Source of the DNA: Mizuhopecten yessoensis
Taxonomy: Eukaryota
Length of the DNA stretch: 64,000 bases
Direction of reading: 5' to 3'
NCBI RefSeq assembly: GCF_002113885.1
Contig: NW_018406762.1
Span: 1,266,834-1,330,833 of the forward strand
The notes under the pieces are model-generated. The model made no database searches, was not told the DNA's origin, and saw only the letters and a list, made by a program, of their open reading frames with translations. The position numbers were made by a program, and so were the translations under genes. Below are positions 23,995 through 38,224 of this stretch, one piece after another (the first letter of the stretch is position 1; each line of letters opens with the position of its first letter).

Positions 23995-26399
23995 AAATAG
24001 CATATCACATGGTATAAAACACAGTCAATGCAAAAAGCATATCACATGGTATAAAACACAGTCAATGCAACTAACATATCACATGGTATACAACACAGTC
24101 AATACAACTAACATATCACATGGTATAAAACACCGTCAATGGAAATAGCATATCACATGGTATAAATCACAGTCAATGCAAATAGCATATCACATGGTAT
24201 AAAACATAGTCAACGCAAATAGCATATCACAGGGTATAAAACACAGTCAATGCAAATAATATATTACATGGTATAAAACACAGTCAATGCAAATTGCATA
24301 TCACATGGTATAAAACACAGTCAATGCAACGGACATATCACATGGGATAAAACACAGTCAATGCAAATAGCATATCCCATGGTATAAAACACAGTCAATG
24401 CAAATAACATATCACATGGTATAAAACACAGCCAATGCAAATGACATCTATTTAGTTGAAACACATGTAGATGTAACAACTATTTAGTTGAGTTATAAAA
24501 CACAGTCAATGCAACTAACATATTACATGGTATAAAACAGTCAATGCAACTAACATATCACATGGTATAAAACCCAGTCAATGCAACTAACATATCACAT
24601 GGTATAAAACCCAGTCAATGCAACTAATATATCACATGGTATACAACACAGTCAATGCAACTACCATATCACATGGTATACAACACAGTCAATGCAAATA
24701 GCATATCACACGGTATAAAACATAGTCAACGCAAATAGCATATCACAGGGTATAAAACACAGTCAATGCAAATAGCATATCCCATGGTATAAAACACAGT
24801 CAATGCAAAAAGCATATCGCATGGTATAAAACACAGTCAATGCAACTAGCATATCACATGGTATAAAACACAGTCAAGGCAAATAACATATCACCTGGTA
24901 TACAACACAGTCAATGCAACTAACTTATCACATGGTATAAAACACAGTCAATGGAAATAGCATATCACATGGTATAAATCACAGTCAATGCAAATAGCAT
25001 ATCACATGGTATAAATCACAGTCAATGCAACTAACATATCACATGGCATAAAACACAGTCAATGCAACTAACATATAACATGGTATAAAACACAGTCAAT
25101 GCAACTATCACATGGTATAAAACACAGTCAATGCAACGGACATATCACATGGGATAAAACACAGTCAATGCAAATAGCATATCCCATGGTATAAAACACA
25201 GTCAATGCAAAAAGCATATCGCATGGTATAAAACACAGTCAATGCAACTAATATATCACATGGTATAAAACACAGTCAATGCAACGGACATATCACATGG
25301 GATAAAACACAGTCAATGCAAATAACATATCACATGGTATAAAACACAGCCAATGCAAATGACATCTATTTAGTTGAAACACATGTAGATGTAACAACTA
25401 TTTAGTTGAGTTATAAAACACAGTCAATGCAACTAACATATTACATGGTATAAAACAGTCAATGCAACTAACATATCACATGGCATAAAACACAGTCAAT
25501 GCAACTAACATATCTCATGGTATAAATCACAGGCAATGCAAATAGCATATCACATGGTATAAAACCCAGTCAAGGCAAATAACATATCACATGGTATACA
25601 ACACAGTCAATACAACTAACATATCACATGGTATAAAACACCGTCAATGGAAATAGCATATCACATGGTATAAATCACAGTCAATGCAAATAGCATATCA
25701 CATGGGATAAAACACAGTCAAAGCAAATAGCATATCACATGGTATAAAACAGTCAATGCAACTAACATATCACATGGTATAAAACACACTCAATGCAAAT
25801 AGCATATCACATGGTATAAAACATAGTCAACGCAAATAGCATATCACAGGGTTTAAAACACAGTCAATGCAAATAATATATTACATGGTATAAAACACAG
25901 TCAATGCAACTAACAGATCACATGGTATAAAACACAGTCAATGCAAAAAGCATATCACATGGTATAAACCACAGTCAATGCAAATAGCATATCACATGGG
26001 ATAAAACACAGTCAAAGCAAATAGCATATCACATGGTATAAAACAGTCAATGCAACTAACATATCACATGGTATACAACACAGTCAATGCAAATAGCATA
26101 TCACACGGTATAAAACATAGTCAACGCAAATAGCATATCACAGGGTATAAAACACAGTCAATGCAAATAATATATTACATGGTATAAAACACAGTCAATG
26201 CAAATAACATATCGCATGGTATAAAACACAGTCAATGCAACTATCACATGGTATAAAACACAGTCAATGCAACGGACATATCACATGGGATAAAACACAG
26301 TCAATGCAAATAACATATCACATGGTATAAAACACAGTCAATGCAAATGACATCTATTTAGTTGAAACACATGTAGATGTAACAACTATTTAGTTGAGT
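23995..26399. repeat. 37-bp satellite, ~60 copies, with higher-order structure
   Basis: Unit ATATCACATGGTATAAAACACAGTCAATGCAAATAGC; a ~51-bp non-unit block at 24443, 25361 and 26349. Confidence 0.97.
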
Positions 26400-27239
26400 C
26401 TAGCAGCTATTAGTGTACTCCTCCGTTATTCTTCACGGAGCATGGGTAGAATGACTCCCAAACAGTCACAAGTCATACACAGAATCTATCCTGCTAATAA
26501 AAGGTGCAAGATTTTGTTGAAAAATATATATCTTAAAAATGTGTAATGTGAAGTTACATATTCTATGCTTTAATATTGACAATGAATACATTTTTAATAA
26601 AGCAGAGATCCCTAGTAAGATGAAGACATGTTTGAATTTCATACATTTTAATTAATCGGTTGTTTTTAAAATGGCCGTCACATATCTGTGGGAAAAGTGA
26701 AAGTAGATGTCTGATAGCAAATCCTCGATAAGCTTGGGAAGGTCCAGTCACGGTACATAGATCAGTCAGACGATAGATGCAGCTGTCATAAAAAACATCG
26801 GGCAGGCTGCTTCTCCGTGATACGCATCATCCTGAATATAAATTGCATTCAGGTTTATGTATCACAATCTGTGACGTTTCGATGACGAGCACATTATGAA
26901 CTCTGTGTCCCTCATCGTACAAATGACCGGCAAAGCGTATGTACACTAAGGTGTAAAGTGTGTATGATTGATCATACACTTAAATAATATCAAATAGACG
27001 ATTAGTTTTGGCCACGCTTTGTTTAATAGCTGGTCAGAGATGTGCTGATGGTCAGCTAACTACTTGTAACAGCTTCAATTCAGAACAATCCAAGGCGCAA
27101 GTTTACACTCCTTACATTCATCCTGTCTAACAAAAGATAAACGAGATGATGCCGATACCTTAACGCAAGTTTACACGGCTCCTTACAGCCATCCTGTCTA
27201 ACAAAATATAAACGAGATGATGCCGATACCTTAACACAA

Positions 27240-28150
27240 TGCAGAGAACAGCCCTAGCATGTACTGTACATCCAACGTCAACCCACTAAAACCCACGGAG
27301 ATTTACTAGGTCCAGCGGTTCCAATGTTTCCAGGTTGTTAGTAGACATCCTTGGACCGCTAATGGATAAATCGGAACACTATGTCCGGAACTCAAATCCT
27401 CTATACCGGAAAGTATATCCACGATCACGATTCAAAAGATACATGAATTTCGTGTCACATAAAACGGTCACTCGCTTACACAAGCTTAACAATGCACTTA
27501 GAATCATTTGAAGCCTCTTAAGACGGATCCTGGTTAAGACCACAAATCTGCAGATCAGGACAACATGAATTTGCTGGAATTTGTAAGGCTGACAACAACA
27601 TATGTCAGTCTCCGAGATAACATCTATCTGTAACGCTTCAGCACCACTATGGCCAGTCCAGTGTCTCCACTTGTGCCAATAGATCATTTGGAACAAAACT
27701 TAATTGGCACTGCCTCCAAAGAGTGCAAGCAAGGGTTATGGAAACATCACGAAAGGATCGCAAAAGGATTTTACCGTCAATATCAACACCGTAGACTCAA
27801 CAAACAGCATCGATTTCACATGTAAAGAAGAAATCAACGGCATTATGACGTACCTGGTCATCCCCCTGGTAACGACAGATCCTGGTGCAAGAACACAGAA
27901 CTATACAGGTTTTGGTCTGCAGAAAAAAAAGACGTAAGCGGACCTATATCTGACTTCTAATCCCACCATCCATCCTTACCCCAAGAAGTTGCAACAGGAC
28001 AAAATACAAGAACAGAATTGCATCTACTGGACAAAGGAAATATGTACCTATTATGGACGGAACGAAGGAGAAGACAAGGGACCGTCTCCCGGGGCACTCC
28101 AGTGATCTCTGAAACCACGTGTTGGGGTTTCGCATATCTGACACCTTTAA
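27240..28150 (+). mobile_element. Decayed Penelope-like retroelement reverse transcriptase fragment
   Basis: Broken frames give AENSPSMYCT..NPLKP, LVDILGPLMDKSEHYVRNS, VDSTNSIDFTCKEEINGIMTYL and V.RKKT..DLYL, recalling Penelope/Poseidon RT motifs (PR.YG.PKIHK...PLRP; I.FT.E.E....FLD; VYRK.THTD.YL). Confidence 0.65.
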
Positions 28151-29103
28151 TCTAGGACAGTTAGCCTTATACCATTTGTTTCATTTGACAACAGCTTAGG
28201 TCATAAGTCGGTCTTTAGAGTAAATGGGGTCAGTCAAACCCAAGAAAGTTTTATGTCACTGAAAGAATGACACTCCACGCGGTCATTATGCTGACAACGG
28301 ACTTGCAAGAGATACCTTGGGAAACAGATAACATTGGAGAGAAATAGAAAAGATATTTAGCTAAATTATATATCTTTGTATTTATGGTGGAACATCTAGC
28401 TCAGGATGTGTGAATGGGGTGGGGGGGGGGTTATTGTTTACGGAAAGTGCTGACGATTCCTATAGTTGTTGCATTTCATTTCGCCCAATGAAATGCACAA
28501 GCATCATTATTGGAAATATATAGACCGAACACTTGAGTCCCTTTTAACATATTTATGTCCAATTGAAACATTACAATATACTATGATCTGCTTTTAGAGA
28601 ATCAAGTGTTCGGTCCATGAACTGTCGAAAGTCCTGGAGCGGGTTAGTCATTTTCAGAAGCAGGGCGTTGATCAACTTACATCACTTCTACATTTTTCTT
28701 TTCCTATCCTATAACGGAACTGGTCTGACAAGGATTTTAGCAACTGTACCGTATATATGACAGTGACCGACCACGCTTTCTATCCGTACCGTAGATAAGA
28801 CATTCTGTTTGTACCATGCACTCCTACACAGTCGACTGTCCTGTAGTTGTCTGTGTAATCTACCCACGTCCCGATGCTTTATCAGGGTAACTACGGTCTG
28901 TACGCGTTATCTCCTCACTACCGGTCGATATGGAGTAGGCGAGTTTGTAGAGTAGTTGGAATGTTCGGGTGTCACCACCATTTATATAAGGATTATGCTC
29001 CTACTATCTCACACGCACTTTCCGTCATTAGAGGCGTGTGGCCGGTATTATAAATTTCAGATATATGTCGCATAGCCCAACTTTTATAATTCTTATTAAC
29101 AAA

Positions 29104-29111
29104 TGACGTCA
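29104..29111. promoter_or_regulatory. Perfect CRE palindrome upstream of Ly6 copy 1 (also 52923-52930 in copy 2)
   Basis: TGACGTCA retained in both paralogous upstream regions, ~200 bp before the ATG. Confidence 0.35.
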
Positions 29112-29327
29112 GAATAACACATGTGAAATAATTCATGTAAAGTTAATTTCTAAAACAAACTACTTTGTCAGTCGTTTCTTTGCAAACGAGGAAATTAACA
29201 TGAAAGTACAAGGTTTTTATATACCGTCAATTTACGACTATGCGCCTTTAACTTTCTGTTAGATTTTCCGACAATATACTTAGTAATGGCCATCTGACGA
29301 CTTATTTAATTTTCGTTTAAAACCAAA

Positions 29328-31419
29328 ATGGAACGGCGTACAGGTGGATGGATACTGTTACTGCTGGTGATCTGTTTCACATACAGCCAAGGTAAAATTA
29401 AATACCACATTCATTCATATATTTGGTACTATTTCAGTTTGCTCAATATAACCCCTAGCTCAGAATTGTGGGCAAAAAAATAATTATGATATATGTAAGT
29501 ATGTATAATGAAAATATATCTGTTTTGGATTGACTGTTCAAGTGATTTATTGCAGAAATAACTAGTGAGAAAACTTTCATTATGGGATTTTCAAGACTTT
29601 CTGTACGTTTAAAATCCAAGTTTTTGCAGTAATGTCGCATGAAACCACTAGTGACATAACACAATATACAAAAAATATTCTGGGAATTAGTTAAGTTTGA
29701 TGGACAATTTGTTTTTTCTTACAGCCCGGTTGTGTTTCATCTGTGGATATAACGCACCGACAGACGGGAAAGTGGGCATCAATTGTGTGAACGATACTTC
29801 TAAAGCAAGTGTTCATACCAATTGCTCCAACGACCGGGTGTGTACATTCGATGTCCAGTTCCTCAAAAGTAAGTCCCATATTTTTTTTATTTTTATTTTT
29901 TCGCTATTTTATGCTTTTAAGAAAGTTGAGCCATTCATTGCAATAAATTCACGATATAGTATTTTTGATTTTTTTAATCAATCTTTGTTTGTCTGTGGCC
30001 GTACGAAAATGTCCTTCTGTGGTATGGCTCCGTCCAAATAGGTCTTTCAATTTAGACCTTTAATTAAGGATCTTACACAAGTTGACATTTCTATGAGATT
30101 TATGAAAAAAGTCTGTTGCAACATATAATATCAATGATGTCAAATGCGTTCAGTATCATTCTATCCGCCATCGCCATTTCGTACTAGACCGGTAGTTGTA
30201 ATAAAGAGGAAAAACTCCGAGAACACGGAGACCACAATCAACATCTGTAGCTATTTTCAATCAGGAAGTATGAGGTTGCTTTTATCTCTGATTCATGACA
30301 AAATTGTTAAGAATGTTCAATTTCAACGAGCTATGATTAAAATTAGTGAGCATCATGAATCTTATATGAAATTTAAACGAATGTAAGATACTCTTTATCA
30401 CATAATCAACCTATGTTTCAATTAATCACGAATTATTATCGACTTCTCACTTTAATCCTTTTTGTTTTATGACGTAACAATGCAAATTAAGATTAGTGAC
30501 GTCATGAAATCATGGCATCACGATTAAAACCATACTAATCTACAGCCAGTAACAGCTTCGCTAGGTGTTTTAAAAATTTTATTTTTGAAAATGGCTTTAT
30601 AACCATGATTACAGGGTAATTATGTGTCAAATATATTTTTACTCGTTATTATTTGCGTCATTCAGTAGTTTAAATGACCAAACTGACCAAGCATAACGAA
30701 ACACGTAGTTGATGCATTCTTAACGCATCCGAAGATATTTAAGGATTAACTTGAATATATTTTTATGTTATGGAGGTTTAACACAAAAATACGGAGTGTA
30801 CTCTAAATAAATCGCGAAGCGGTTTATAATGAGAGTCCACTCCGGATTTTTGTGTTATAGCTCCGTAACATAAAACAGTTAATTATTATAATTTAATCTA
30901 CTATACACAATCCATGAGGAAATCCACTTTTATTGATGGACTCCTTTCTCTTAGAAATTGTTACGCCCCTGTATAAGCAAATCAAACGCGGCGTTACAAA
31001 AGGCAACGTCATTTTTTTACGTTATGTAGTGATAACATAATTTTTAAGCCAATTAAAATGCTTGCTACCAGCAAGATTTAATTATTAGTCAATACTAAAT
31101 AACAAAACATAAATGGGAATTTTCTGACACACAATGTCCGTTTTCTGTAGGTTCCCTCGAGTTAGTGTCAGTGACCCGGAACTGTCTTCCGTCATCCGCC
31201 CCTCGTTCCAACACGTGCTTAGACGACTGGACACACCGACAGTGTACATTTTCATGTAATACGGACTTGTGTAACAACTTGACGGCCCAGGAGCTCAACA
31301 ATCGATACGGCGACAGGGGAGCGAACTCTGCACATTCCTCGGTCGAAATTATCTCCCTTGTTTCCAGTTCTCTCGTGGTGTGCGCTGTTTGGATTGTAAA
31401 GACACGGATTAGTCTCTAA
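29328..31419 (+). CDS. Ly6/uPAR (three-finger, quiver/sleepless-like) secreted, probably GPI-anchored protein, copy 1, 158 aa, intact
   Basis: Exons 29328-29391 (signal peptide MERRTGGWILLLLVICFTYSQ), 29725-29868 and 31151-31419; both introns phase 1 GT-AG. 10 Cys from LCFIC to CTFSCNTDLCN; hydrophobic C-terminal tail. Confidence 0.9.
30736..31101. mobile_element. Hairpin-containing insertion in Ly6 copy 1 intron 2, absent from copy 2
   Basis: Palindrome ~30762-30875 (ttatgttatggag..acaaaaatacggagtg / cactccggatttttgtg..ctccgtaacataa); the flanks are contiguous at ~55168 in copy 2. Confidence 0.65.
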
Positions 31420-32659
31420 TTGGTGTAAGACATATTACGGAACCTTGTACATCCGTAATCCGGAAATCAAGAAAGAACGTTGTCTAGATATTGATATTAG
31501 ATACATTATACACACTTCGAGGAAAGGGAGACAAACAGAAAATATGTTTCTCTTTCCAGTTACTACACAATATCCCACGTAAGGTTCTACAATTAATAAA
31601 CTATTAATCATACATTATTACAGCTCTTAATCACCAAGTTAAAACAATTGTTAGGATTTGAATAATTACTATTTTCCAATCAGTTTTATGTTAATAAGTT
31701 TAATCTTATCTTTTTCAAAACATGGATTTTTTGAGGTATCTTATGTATGTTATACATGTGTCCTACACTGGACATTCACGTGAGATTAATAGCATATTTC
31801 GCCCCTTTTGGTTTAATAAAGGGAATCTCTTATCATGGCGAGGTGTATCCACGTCTACCCTAATGTGATGTTCATTTACTATTTGTCCTGTTGGGTCGTA
31901 GATAAGGAATTTAGTACCAAGAAAGAAGATTCCTAAGTTGTCAAACACGACGCTCGCCAAGTGTTTGGCAACTGCGGTATCTTAAAAACTATTAACTCCT
32001 TCCCGAAGGTGGAGATTCTCCCGTTTTATCCAAAAAGAATTGGATTATTCTTTTTCTCTTATCCTGTTTGCTCTGTCATCTGTTCAATGTTGACATTGAC
32101 GTTAATCAAGCGAATGTTGTTTGATCAATGATAATTATATGCACTGCATCCTCTGTCTATCGTAAACTTTTCTATAAGGATTGCCTCCCTCCATTGATAT
32201 TCAACACATGTTTCTTATGCGTGTTTGGAATGTGTCCTTAATTCTTTTATTCTTCTTATGTTTTGTCAATCATTTTGTGTACGTCTAACACGTGTCATAA
32301 ATATTTGCGCACGGTTGAAAAGCGTTATAAATTCTCTTAAACTCCTGAAATGTGTCATCAATACTTGAATTCCGCTCAAATTTATCCTCAGCGTTTGTTT
32401 ATTCTGTTAATGTTCTCAATTCAATTATAACATCAATTAATAGATTTAGTTTGAATTACCAATCTTACATTATGTTTTAGTGTGAATCTCTCATGGATAT
32501 GAAATGGAAGTCAGTTCAGACAGCATATGCCGTTAAATAGGTTGTGATGTGAAGTCACAAAGAGAAAACATATATTCCGTTTGGGCTAGGTTCTTAGTTC
32601 TCGGTGCGTTTGACGCTGGATTCACGTTAACTATAACATCTGAATGACTCACGAACACT

Positions 32660-33050
32660 CATCTGGTGAATTGAATTGTATATTATAAGATAGGAAAAAC
32701 GATGTTAATTTATGATATGACAACATATCCAAATATCAGAGAGCGATATTTGTTGACTTTTTAAACATGTCCAACCATCAATAACTATTGCCTGTATATT
32801 ATAAGATAAGAAAAACGATATAAATTTATGATATTACTACATATCCAAACTTCAGAAAGCGATCTTTGTTGACTTTTAAACTTGTTCAACCATCAATAAC
32901 TATTGCCTATGCACTCATCTGGTGAATTGACTTGTATATTATAAGATAAGAAAAACGATATTAATTTATGATATTACAACATATCCAAACAAGCAAAACA
33001 TCAAATAGTGATATTAGTTTAATATGGTTTTTTTACATGTTCAACCATCA
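32660..33050. repeat. ~118-150-bp degenerate tandem repeat, 3 copies (paralog at 56770-57115)
   Basis: tatattataagataagaaaaacgat..tttatgatat..catatccaaac three times in both cassette copies. Confidence 0.8.
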
Positions 33051-35972
33051 AAAATTATTCCTATAAATCATGCCTTTACATATATCTGGTTATTGTTGTA
33101 TTAGTTTATACTATCTGTTGATATTAAGTGATGATATTTGTTCAACCTTTAATAAAACCGTTAACATAAAATTATTGTACTTGTATATTGTATAATGTAC
33201 TAGATGTGATAGTTAAACTATTTGGGAGTGATAGCAATTGATGATATTTTATCATGTTAACATATTACTATTAAAGTACAATGTCATTTTCGTCTGTCCG
33301 CTTGTCTGTAATGTCTGTTTTGTGAAAGATCCCGCTGATTTGTGATTTAGTACGGCTTTGCTTTATGGTATTAAAGATATCTTCATAAACATGGCCTTTG
33401 TCTTGTAATTATATACACAGATTCGTGATTTTTTTTAGATATTCTAGTATTTCATGGGAGTCTTAATTACGCAAAAACTATTATGTGAACACATCAATAA
33501 TAAGATTCATTTCTGGTGTAGAGCTTTAGAGCATTGACTTGATTTTAACAATTTTAACTGTTACAAATTATACAGCAAAGACTGGACACAAGTTATAGTA
33601 ACCTACAAAATCATCTCCTATTCTAGATACACAACAGGGTTTGATACCAGTCATTTAGAAATAATAAATAAATTAAAACTCAGTCGAGTTGATGTTTGGA
33701 ACAATTTGATAACGAAGATGCTGCCTTTGCCTGAGTGAAGTGTTGTCCAAAACATATTAAAGTTTGCCCTCTTCGTAACTAACAATTACGCAACGCGAAT
33801 TGGCTTACAGACTTGGATGTAAGTATATTTAGAAAGGATAGAACACCATTTAAGTCAAAAAATGATTTTTGTTTTTAAAGTTGATTTGCAAATAAATAAA
33901 TAAAAAAAGTTTTTGTAGGAATTATGGATTTAAATTTAACCAAAATCATTTATGTCAACTGTTTCCTTGCAAATATAGTCTCGATACTCAAGGTGTTGCG
34001 CTCCCTGGAATATGTCATGACAACATCGAAGTCTCCGTACGTGCGACCTTCTGAATGATAGAAATAGATCAGTATGAACCTTTGATATACATCAAAATAG
34101 TCGTGTGGCACCGTAACGGTAAAATTGACGTCGGTGTCGCCACTCAGTAATCCTCAATGAACGTGTATCTCCCTAGCAATTGGTCTTTTGTTTACATGAG
34201 ACCAACCAAACAGCTACCTTCGTGCTTTAAATTCCACTATGACATAGTCCACGGCTGCAGTGATCGTAAGTGAGCGTAACTCCTGGAGTATCGAGGGGGC
34301 CTCAACGTATTTGATGTTTCGACTTTTTGAATGAACTGGAAAACTCGCGCTCACGCTTTTAATTTCTTTGGCTAGTTATTATTTGTTCGCTTTCCGAGAC
34401 GATTGATAGTTTACATATCACGTCCACATACCAAAGGCGTAAACAATTATATTACAAATATTGACAAAAAGGCGGAAAAACTAAATACTTCTGACTTAAT
34501 TTCTAGTTTGTTCGTGTAGATTCTTGTCAGTCTAATCCGTCAGTAAACTAACAAAAATGTTGATCATGAGTTTTTTCTTCATTTGTTTCAGTTCACAGAA
34601 TTGTCGCTTATTAAATAATTGCTTTAAATGCATAATCAGTCACACCCGGCCTGCGACCAGGATACGATCTAGCTGCGACTAAAAAATGTACGAATCGCAG
34701 GCAAATCGTAGAACGATTGTGCGTTTTATGACACTAAAACGGAACAAAAGACAATAACATTTGTTTAGAAATTCACTTCAACTAAGATAATTTTTGATGC
34801 ACCTCATCATTGCCCCCCCCCCCCTCCATCAAATATTGAAGCAGCTTAGGATAAAGATGGAGCATTGAAACCCATGTGAAATATTTAGTGTATTTCACAA
34901 ATACCACGACGACATTCTCGAAAAGAAATATATATTCGAGTAGGAAACATTATGCTTTAAATAATAAGATCAGGAAAGAAAAATAAGATAAAATAAAATA
35001 AAAATAAAATAAGGCAAAATGAACACTGATATACGATCTGAACATTAAGAAAAACCTTTATATATAGTGCTAGCTTCGAGTTACTTCCCTGTCTACGTAG
35101 GAATCTCTTATTTTCATAGACTTTTCGTCCCATACATTGGACTTCAATTTCGGTGCCAATTTCTTGGATGGAAGTATTAGCGTAGTAGAATATTTCATTT
35201 AAAAGCAATTTTTTACATCAGTAACAGTGGTAATAATGGAAGTTAACTAATTGTTACCCTCAAATAGATAACAAACTATACAAAGACACAGCAGTAATAC
35301 AAATAAAAAGACTTTTAAGAGTTTCAACTTAAATTGTGTTTTCTACATGAATAGAAAATAAGAAATAATGTACAAATATAACACCATTTAATAGTATGTA
35401 ATTGGACGTTTGTATTATTTGGAAACGAACTTTTCGAGTTACAAAACTTAATGCAGATAATTTCTTAAATATTGATAAAGTGATTTTCTGTCTGATTCGT
35501 TCTCTTTCCCCCCTTCTATCTCTTCATGTGTGCATAAATTAATTACTTGGTGCAAAAATGCTTTAAACAAATATTTCATCATTTTGACAATTATAATAAG
35601 TTATTTTAACTTTATTGTACTCAATCTTTCTCTGAAGATGACATGAAATATTTCTAATTAAATCCTTGAAAACTATTTAAATAATAACAATACCTAATCC
35701 CACAAATAAATAAAACGAAACCCTCAGTGCAGCTCACTAGTTAATTCGTTGATCAGTTTAATGATCAGGCATTGTCGGTTCAAAAACCTTATAACTTCAA
35801 GATGTTTTTCACATGTCATTTACACCAATTGATTAATTGTTCGAAAATCTCTACAAAATTAATCGATATTTGAGAGGATTAATCAGACATTGATGAATTG
35901 TTTGTGATGATATTTACATAATGTAGTATTGTACCACGAGGTCAAGTGTTCACCATGTACTATATCCTCGTG

Positions 35973-37539
35973 TTACAGTCCCATCACGTGTACGGTACCG
36001 TCTACACACCCAACCCACACGTTACCACACGTGTCCACACCCACCGCTTTAGATCCACTCACTCCATGTTTCTGGTCCAGGAGACACGTGGCCTGTGTAC
36101 AATCTCTCTGTAGGACATACACCTGGCTGTTCTTGTAGTCTGGTACAAACAGTCTGTCGTACTTGTCACGTGACAGATTAAAGAGGTTCATACTACCAAC
36201 CTTTTGACCGTTGTTGAGTTCACCAGTCCATTTATATTTGGTTGTACCAGATTTGTCTGTTATGATTGATACATTACTAACGTCCGACACTGCAATGTCT
36301 CCTGACGACAAACATGTAATAAACCCCACAACCATTCCACACGTCACCTTCCTCACAATCGTACCTGTCTGATTCAGTACCACTATGTCTGGTGTACCTG
36401 TACTAACAAACACCTCGTTCCTCTTGTTGATGCTGATGTCATGTGGTTCATGTGGCTTGATGTCAGCAAATGTTGTCACTTGTTGTTTGTGTAGTGATAG
36501 TTTATATACAAATGTACTATCATTAAAACGGCTCATAAGTATGTCTGTTGTCCCGACCATGGTGATCATGTCCGGACAGAAGACCAGTTTTACTGTCTCT
36601 ATGACCACACCATACCTGACTGTCGTCGACTGGACATATACCGAATATTCGATTTTGTTGTGAAACAGTAAACTCAGAGAGACGTTGAACGTGTTTATTG
36701 TTGATGTCTGTCTTCTCGTACTGGTTCTCGTGGTGTAATTTACCTAACATTTTTGTCAACGGGACTCGGTTGATACTTCCGGTAACAAAGCTTGGTTGTT
36801 TTGGTGAAATATGTTTCATCTTAACGTCATACAGGGGCAGAGTTTTCCTCAATGACGTTTCAAATATGGATACACTAGATGTATCCGTCACTTCCGCCTT
36901 TTCAAGCAGACGCGTCAGCTCTTCGATATTTTTCTCCGATCGTTGAATATCTTTCTTGTACAGCAGTGATTCCTCTTTTTCTAAAGATGATAACTCGGCC
37001 AGCACTGCTTCCGCGATATAATCTACTTCTGCCTTTAGCTTAGTCCTCTGTGAGTTTACCTCTTTCCTCGTTGTATCAATGTTGTCTTTAAACGTTTTGT
37101 TCACGCGATGTCGCTCGGATGTCTCGTTCTTGAAATGTGCTATTTTATCAGCTAACGTTGTCATATGTTCCTTAAAATGTTCCTTTTTGACAAACAGTTC
37201 GTCTTCAAAAAGATTCCAGTTGTGTTGTTTATGATTTTTAGATAAACATATCGAACAAATCAACTCGTTGCAGTCCGAGCAGAACATATCACACAGTTTA
37301 CCGAGATGTAGTTTACATACCTCTGATAGAGGCTTGTCGCCCTGACGGGTAGCCTTCCCTATCGACACGACGTCATCGTTTTTGGTTTTCCTTCCGCGTG
37401 TATGGATTTCCTTACACCGGTCACATAAATTCTCCCGACAATCGTTACAATACCATCGTACCCCGTCTTCACTGTCACACAAATCACACGTGTAGGTAAC
37501 GGGTTCCTGGGCACGTCTTACGGATCTGTTACTTGCCAT
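35973..37539 (-). pseudogene. TRIM-like B-box/B-box/coiled-coil/NHL gene (TRIM-A, copy 1), frameshifted
   Basis: Two overlapping ORFs (338 aa and 211 aa) together match the 60645-62264 paralog. A 47-bp deletion at ~36609/36610 removes LSIHEYEGLVLINSEA and shifts the frame. Confidence 0.88.
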
Positions 37540-38224
37540 GGTGTTGGTACTTTCACGGAATACGTTAGAATTTTAGAAACAAACTGTGAACTGCCACCAT
37601 TTTGTTATGTCGGTACAATTTTGTCTATACACCTCCTTGTTACGGGTATATCACGTGACGTAATCGACAAACAGTATAAAAAGTCCTAGACTCCTGGCGC
37701 TAGGTAAAAAATAATCTAAAAGACAGAGCTTGCTATCTTACGTAACCATCATAACATGTGTGTACGTACATGTGTGCTTAAGTTGTGGTTTGTACTTGAG
37801 TTGTGTAACTTCGACCAATATTTAAACTATCGAAACAGAATGTTAAGTGAAGAATATTTGATGAAGTATAATATTTGCCTGTTATTGTTCATTACTGTGT
37901 TTGATAACAGACAGGTTATATAAATAGATATAAGCATCAGGAGGACACATCTACAACTTAATTCAGTCTTAGGAGGACGAAGAAGCTGTATGATGCACTG
38001 TAATTTTATGTTTTGCATACTTCATGTATTACATACTTTGAAAGGTGCATCACATTTATTTGTGTTATGTCATCCCTTTACCAAATACATGTACATTAGA
38101 TATAACGAGTTGGTCGCCGCCAAAACTAGCCTTGTAATGATGCATAAGTGTCACAAAATTCCCGTTAGCGCCATTTGACGTAACAAACACAGTTTATGCA
38201 CAGGGGTTCGTCACAAATGTCTGA

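Noticed and set aside
13284-26399. CRISPR-like appearance of the 34-45 bp repeats
   Set aside because: Repeats are head-to-tail with no unique spacers, there are no cas genes, and the context is eukaryotic.
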